Shown in pieces: positions 14,188-17,164 of a DNA stretch of 17,164 bases (position 1 is its first letter; each line of letters starts with the position of its first letter). Made by a program: the position numbers and the translations under genes. Origin of the DNA: Thermofilaceae archaeon (GTDB taxonomy: Archaea; Thermoproteota; Thermoprotei; Thermofilales; Thermofilaceae). The notes beneath the pieces were generated by a model. That model was not told where the DNA came from, ran no database searches, and worked only from the letters and a program-made list of their open reading frames with translations. The DNA lies in contig JAVYWK010000034.1 in NCBI GenBank assembly GCA_038727095.1, positions 1-17,164 of the forward strand, written 5' to 3'.

Positions 14188-15285
14188 ATGGCCTCAGCGC
14201 CTGCGAGTTTAATCGTCACGTGCAAGCTTGGGATGGAGAGGGTCGTCGCTTCATACGTCAGGGAGCTGGACCCAAACGCCACTGTTACGCCGGCTCCCGA
14301 GGGGTTCCTCGGACTCGTGCTCGTGGAGGGTGCGAGCGACCCCGCGAGGCTGTACGATGAGATCAAGCGGAGCGTACCTGAGGCTGAGAGGGTCTATCTG
14401 GCTGAGTGCGCGTGCGAAGCGTCCGTAGCGTCGATCGTGGAGTGCGCGAAGCAGTTGGCCGGGAAAATTCGAGCCGAGGAGAGCTTCGCCGTCTCCACGG
14501 TGAGGAGGGGGGAGCACAGCTTCACGTCGCTGGACGTGAACGTCGCGGTGGGCAGCGCTGTGAAGGAGCTGACGGGTGCGAGGGTGGACCTCGAGAACCC
14601 CGACAAGGTTCTCGTCGTCCAGATCATCAAGGATCGAGCCTACCTATCACTAGTCCCCGGCAGCGAGTTTCACAGGAAGATGGGGCCGGGCAAGTACCCG
14701 ATGTACCGTGTCTTCAGGAAGCTCGTCGTCGCCCACGAGCCCTACCTCGGGCCGCCGGACGCGGCGTACGTGATGGGGACGAGGATCGGGAGGGAGGTGC
14801 AGGTCTTCGAGGTGGGGAAGCTGTACGTCACACCGATCGGGCCCGTCGAGGCCCAACCCCTCTACCACTTCCTGAGGGGCCTCTTCGAGGGGTTGAGGAG
14901 CCGGTACGAGCTGCAGAAGAGGAGCTACGGCCGCGAGGTGCACCGCACTCAAGTCTACGTGCAGGACCTGCACCAGTTCCTCCGGTCGAGGATGGGAGCC
15001 CCTCTCATCATCTGCGAGCCTGAGGGCGAGCCCGTGTCCAGGGTAGCGGATGAGCTAGCGGACTTCTTGCTGGGCAACGTGAAGAGGGGGAGGGAGGTAG
15101 CCTTGATGGTTGGAGCAAGGGAGGGCATCCCGACTGGCCTCTTCCGCTACGCCGACTACGTTGTCGACCTGGCCCCGGGCGTAGTCATCTCGACGGAGTA
15201 CGCCCTGTCTTCGGCCCTCATCGCCCTCGCAACGATCACGCACGAGAAGCTGGTGAGCGAAGCAACCGAGCAGCCGCACAGCTGA
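14188..15285 (+). CDS. THUMP-domain + SPOUT-fold RNA methyltransferase (TrmTS-like)
   Basis: N-terminal THUMP (SFAVSTVRRG..FTSLDVNVAVG...VDLENPDKV) and C-terminal SPOUT knot (MVGAREGIP...ADYVVDLAPG..ISTEYA). Start set at ATG 14188, about 25 nt after CTTAAAT (14158-14164); the track's 13942 start overlaps htpX. Confidence 0.85.
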   Translation: MASAPASLIVTCKLGMERVVASYVRELDPNATVTPAPEGFLGLVLVEGASDPARLYDEIKRSVPEAERVYLAECACEASVASIVECAKQLAGKIRAEESFAVSTVRRGEHSFTSLDVNVAVGSAVKELTGARVDLENPDKVLVVQIIKDRAYLSLVPGSEFHRKMGPGKYPMYRVFRKLVVAHEPYLGPPDAAYVMGTRIGREVQVFEVGKLYVTPIGPVEAQPLYHFLRGLFEGLRSRYELQKRSYGREVHRTQVYVQDLHQFLRSRMGAPLIICEPEGEPVSRVADELADFLLGNVKRGREVALMVGAREGIPTGLFRYADYVVDLAPGVVISTEYALSSALIALATITHEKLVSEATEQPHS

Positions 15286-15316
15286 GAAGAGCGGCTAAAT
15301 CAGGGCATCTTGTGGT

Positions 15317-15334
15317 CGAAAGATACATTTTAAA
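15317..15334 (+). promoter_or_regulatory. BRE/TATA promoter of the membrane-protein gene
   Basis: CGAAAGA followed by TTTTAAA (15328-15334), ending 25 nt before ATG 15359 (leaderless geometry). Confidence 0.55.
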
Positions 15335-15358
15335 GCTGGAAAGCCTCTCATCAAGACA

Positions 15359-15823
15359 ATGGGAGCCGCCTGGGTGCCCCGGCTAATCGCATTGTTGGGG
15401 CTGCTAGCTCTCGTCCACTCGCTCACGAGGCCTTGGGCCTCGGTGAGGGTCATCGCCTTGAGGCTCGACTACAAGCCCTGGGAGCTGCTCGAGCAGATGG
15501 CGCGGGGCAAGTGGGACCTCGTAAACGAGCTGCTCCGGGTTGCTGAGGAGATCCCGGAAGGCGCGCGCTTCGTCTCGCTCTTCACCCTGCACATCGCCTT
15601 CCTAGTGATCGCCCTCCTCCTCGGCTTCCTCTCCATCATCGGGAACTCAGCTGGCGGCTACGCTTCAACGGCCGTTTTCTCCACACTCTCTGTCGCTGTT
15701 CTCGTCTACACCCTTGAGCAGGCGCAGCTGCTCAGCTTCTCGATCGGTTCAGGGGCTCTCCTCTCGATAGGCGCCGCCTTCGTGTACGTCTTGTCCGCTC
15801 TGGCGGCGAGGAGCTTCAAGTAG
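15359..15823 (+). CDS. Hypothetical membrane protein (~4 TM helices)
   Basis: 154 aa with four hydrophobic segments and its own TATA box. Confidence 0.75.
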   Translation: MGAAWVPRLIALLGLLALVHSLTRPWASVRVIALRLDYKPWELLEQMARGKWDLVNELLRVAEEIPEGARFVSLFTLHIAFLVIALLLGFLSIIGNSAGGYASTAVFSTLSVAVLVYTLEQAQLLSFSIGSGALLSIGAAFVYVLSALAARSFK

Positions 15824-15828
15824 GCTGA

Positions 15829-16179
15829 TCAGTTCTCCGAAATCCTATCGAGGAGGTGCAGGACCAGCCCCAGCCGGGGCTTCGGCTTTGTTATGGCGCA
15901 GACCACCCTCCCCCTTACGGGTTTAACAACCATCAACCTGCCATCGGATAGGGCGACGGTCACCCTCTCCACTCCGACGCTAAAGTAGACCCGGAAGGCC
16001 TCATCGACGCCCGCCGCTAATGCTGCACCGAGCGCCGCCAGCATGTTGGAGAACCCGTTCGCACCGTTCTCCTCCAGCAGGATACCGTCCTCGCTCGCGG
16101 ACACTGCAACCTCAATCTCCCCCCTGCTCTCCTCAACCAGCTTCTTCACACCGTCCTGCCGCAAATACTGGCTGCTCAT
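15829..16179 (-). CDS. Roadblock/LC7 (MglB-like) domain protein
   Basis: About 116 aa with pattern 'IEVAVSASEDGILL...LAALGAAL...VERVTVALSDGRLMVVKPV..VVCAITKPKPRLGLVLHLL'. ATG 16179 is preferred over GTG 16200 given the minus-strand TTTTAA at 16213-16218. Confidence 0.8.
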   Translation of the reverse strand: MSSQYLRQDGVKKLVEESRGEIEVAVSASEDGILLEENGANGFSNMLAALGAALAAGVDEAFRVYFSVGVERVTVALSDGRLMVVKPVRGRVVCAITKPKPRLGLVLHLLDRISEN

Positions 16180-16432
16180 CGCGCAACCGAAGACTGTCAC
16201 CTCGAGCCATCGTTAAAAAACATTTAGTTCAGCATCGCCTAAAGCCATCGTAGCTACAGGCTGTATGTCCAAGACATGATAAAAAATCTCGGTGTGCGCG
16301 TTCTGTAATGTCATTGACATGATGAATCGCGCTGCCCTCGAGCCGGAGCCGAGGAAATACTGTCAGAGACATTACATCGCCTAACTTTCCGAACTACGGA
16401 GTTCTGGGCGAAAATGGAGAATCCGAGACATT

Positions 16433-16768
16433 TCATCTGAGATGGGGGGAACATTGACGCTGGGATTCCCCATGGAGCATTTGGAGTAAACAGAGTATCG
16501 CTTTGAGGAGCTCGGGGTAGCGCCCCGCTCCGCGCGCGATGTCGAAGAGCGCTAAGATCGTCAGCGCCCGCTCGAGGTAGAGCTTGTCCGATGCCAGCTT
16601 GCGGCCCAAGGCGAATTCCAACCTCCCGGGATTTTCAAGGGGGTGTGGCAGGTTCAGCTTCCGGTAGAGGTCCGCCACGCTGATGCCTAGCGAAAGCCGG
16701 AGCGCTTCCTCCAGTCGCTCGGCGTCGACATCCTCAAACAGCCGGAGCGGGTTCGGTTCCGCGCCGGG
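16433..16768 (-). pseudogene. Small helical hypothetical protein, apparently 5'-truncated
   Basis: The frame of track ORF 16433-16678 stays open 30 more codons (PGAEPNPLRLFEDVDAERLEEALRLSLGIS) up to an in-frame TGA at 16769-16771, with no ATG/GTG/TTG in the extension. The extension looks protein-like and abuts the GC-rich element. Confidence 0.45.
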
Positions 16769-17044
16769 TCATTCCCCCCTTCATGGGCTTTGGCCTCTGA
16801 GGGCCCGCCCCACGGCCTCCCCAGCCTTTCGGCCGTGGACGACCGGGGCGGGCGTCATGGGGTCGGCCGCTCAAGGGCGGCCTACTCGCCCGCCTTTCCG
16901 CGCCCCGTCACCGGAGCGCATCCCGGCGGGGTCGAGATGCCCCTCGGTCTGCGCGCGGAAGCCCCCGGGCACAGCGCCGGGTTTCCCCGGCAGCGTCCCG
17001 GGAACGGGGCCTGGAACGAGGCTTAGGCTGCCCATCCCGGGGGC
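16766..17044 (-). ncRNA. High-GC structured RNA, candidate TnpB omegaRNA / IS200-605-607 right end
   Basis: About 77% GC over 16801-17040 (manual count 185/240). Helices: GCCGGG-GAAA-CCCGGC (16976-16991, GNRA loop only on minus), 16803-16811/16845-16853, 16810-16817/16831-16838, 16865-16870/16877-16882 and 16903-16907/16927-16931. No credible ORF. The family assignment is inference. Confidence 0.55.
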
Positions 17045-17053
17045 CTAGGCCCC
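17040..17053. repeat. Perfect 14-bp palindrome GGGGCCTAGGCCCC containing the stop codon of the edge ORF
   Basis: Directly visible; the minus-strand TAG (17045-17047) is at its centre. Confidence 0.85.
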
Positions 17054-17164
17054 AGGGGTTGGTGGTGCAGCGAACTTAGGTGGTGGCGCTGAGCCTAGGA
17101 GATCCGTGGGGTGGTTGCGCAACCACCCCCGAAGCTCGCTGACCAGCCACGGTAGCCCCCCAGC
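17045..17164 (-). CDS. C-terminal fragment of an unidentified ORF entering from beyond the window
   Basis: Open frame from the window edge: AGGLPWLVSELRGWLRNHPTDLLGSAPPPKFAAPPTPGA-stop (TAG 17045-17047). Too short to assign. Confidence 0.4.
   Translation of the reverse strand, partial: AGGLPWLVSELRGWLRNHPTDLLGSAPPPKFAAPPTPGA
17108..17129. repeat. Perfect 22-bp palindrome GGGGTGGTTGCGCAACCACCCC
   Basis: Directly visible: the two 11-nt halves are exact reverse complements. Confidence 0.9.

Noticed and set aside
16319-16368. Possible C/D box sRNA (ATGATGA at 16319-16325)
   Set aside because: No canonical CTGA D box at suitable distance and no convincing D'/C' boxes.
16683-17048. Plus-strand ORFs of 121 aa and 78 aa over the GC-rich element
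   Set aside because: Low-complexity Pro/Gly/Ser/Arg translations expected from 77% GC DNA; the structure signal points to a minus-strand RNA.
16766-17164. RNase P RNA or SRP (7S) RNA as the identity of the GC-rich element
   Set aside because: No GAGGAAA..CC plus ACAGAA..GGCUUA pair at RNase P spacing, and no SRP helix-8 CAGG..CGGAAGG.AGCA motif found on either strand by eye; an Rfam search would be decisive.

Overview
GC-rich archaeal DNA, most consistent with a hyperthermophilic Thermoproteota such as Thermofilaceae; this is inferred from protein families, AT-rich TATA boxes about 25 nt upstream of start codons, and GTG/TTG starts. Left to right the window holds a 2-oxoacid:ferredoxin oxidoreductase operon (gamma-delta-alpha, minus strand, alpha cut by the window edge), divergent from a fused ADP-forming acyl-CoA synthetase. 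Next come a dolichol/phytol-kinase-like membrane protein, an ornithine cyclodeaminase-family gene and a full-length LacZ-type GH2 beta-galactosidase. A minus-strand run follows: a URO-D/methylcobamide-methyltransferase-family protein, a small exported protein, a DUF362 protein, an exported clan GH-A glycosidase and an HtpX protease. Then come a THUMP+SPOUT RNA methyltransferase, a membrane protein and a Roadblock/LC7 protein. The most unusual part is the last ~900 bp. A ~280-nt, ~77% GC, multi-hairpin non-coding element with minus-strand GAAA tetraloops sits directly downstream of an ORF tail that runs off the window, and directly upstream of a gene that appears to have lost its 5' end. This layout suggests the right end and guide RNA (omegaRNA) of a TnpB-type IS200/IS605/IS607 element, or an unnamed structured ncRNA. 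A possible CxxC..CxxH micro-ORF lies in the neighbouring AT-rich gap.
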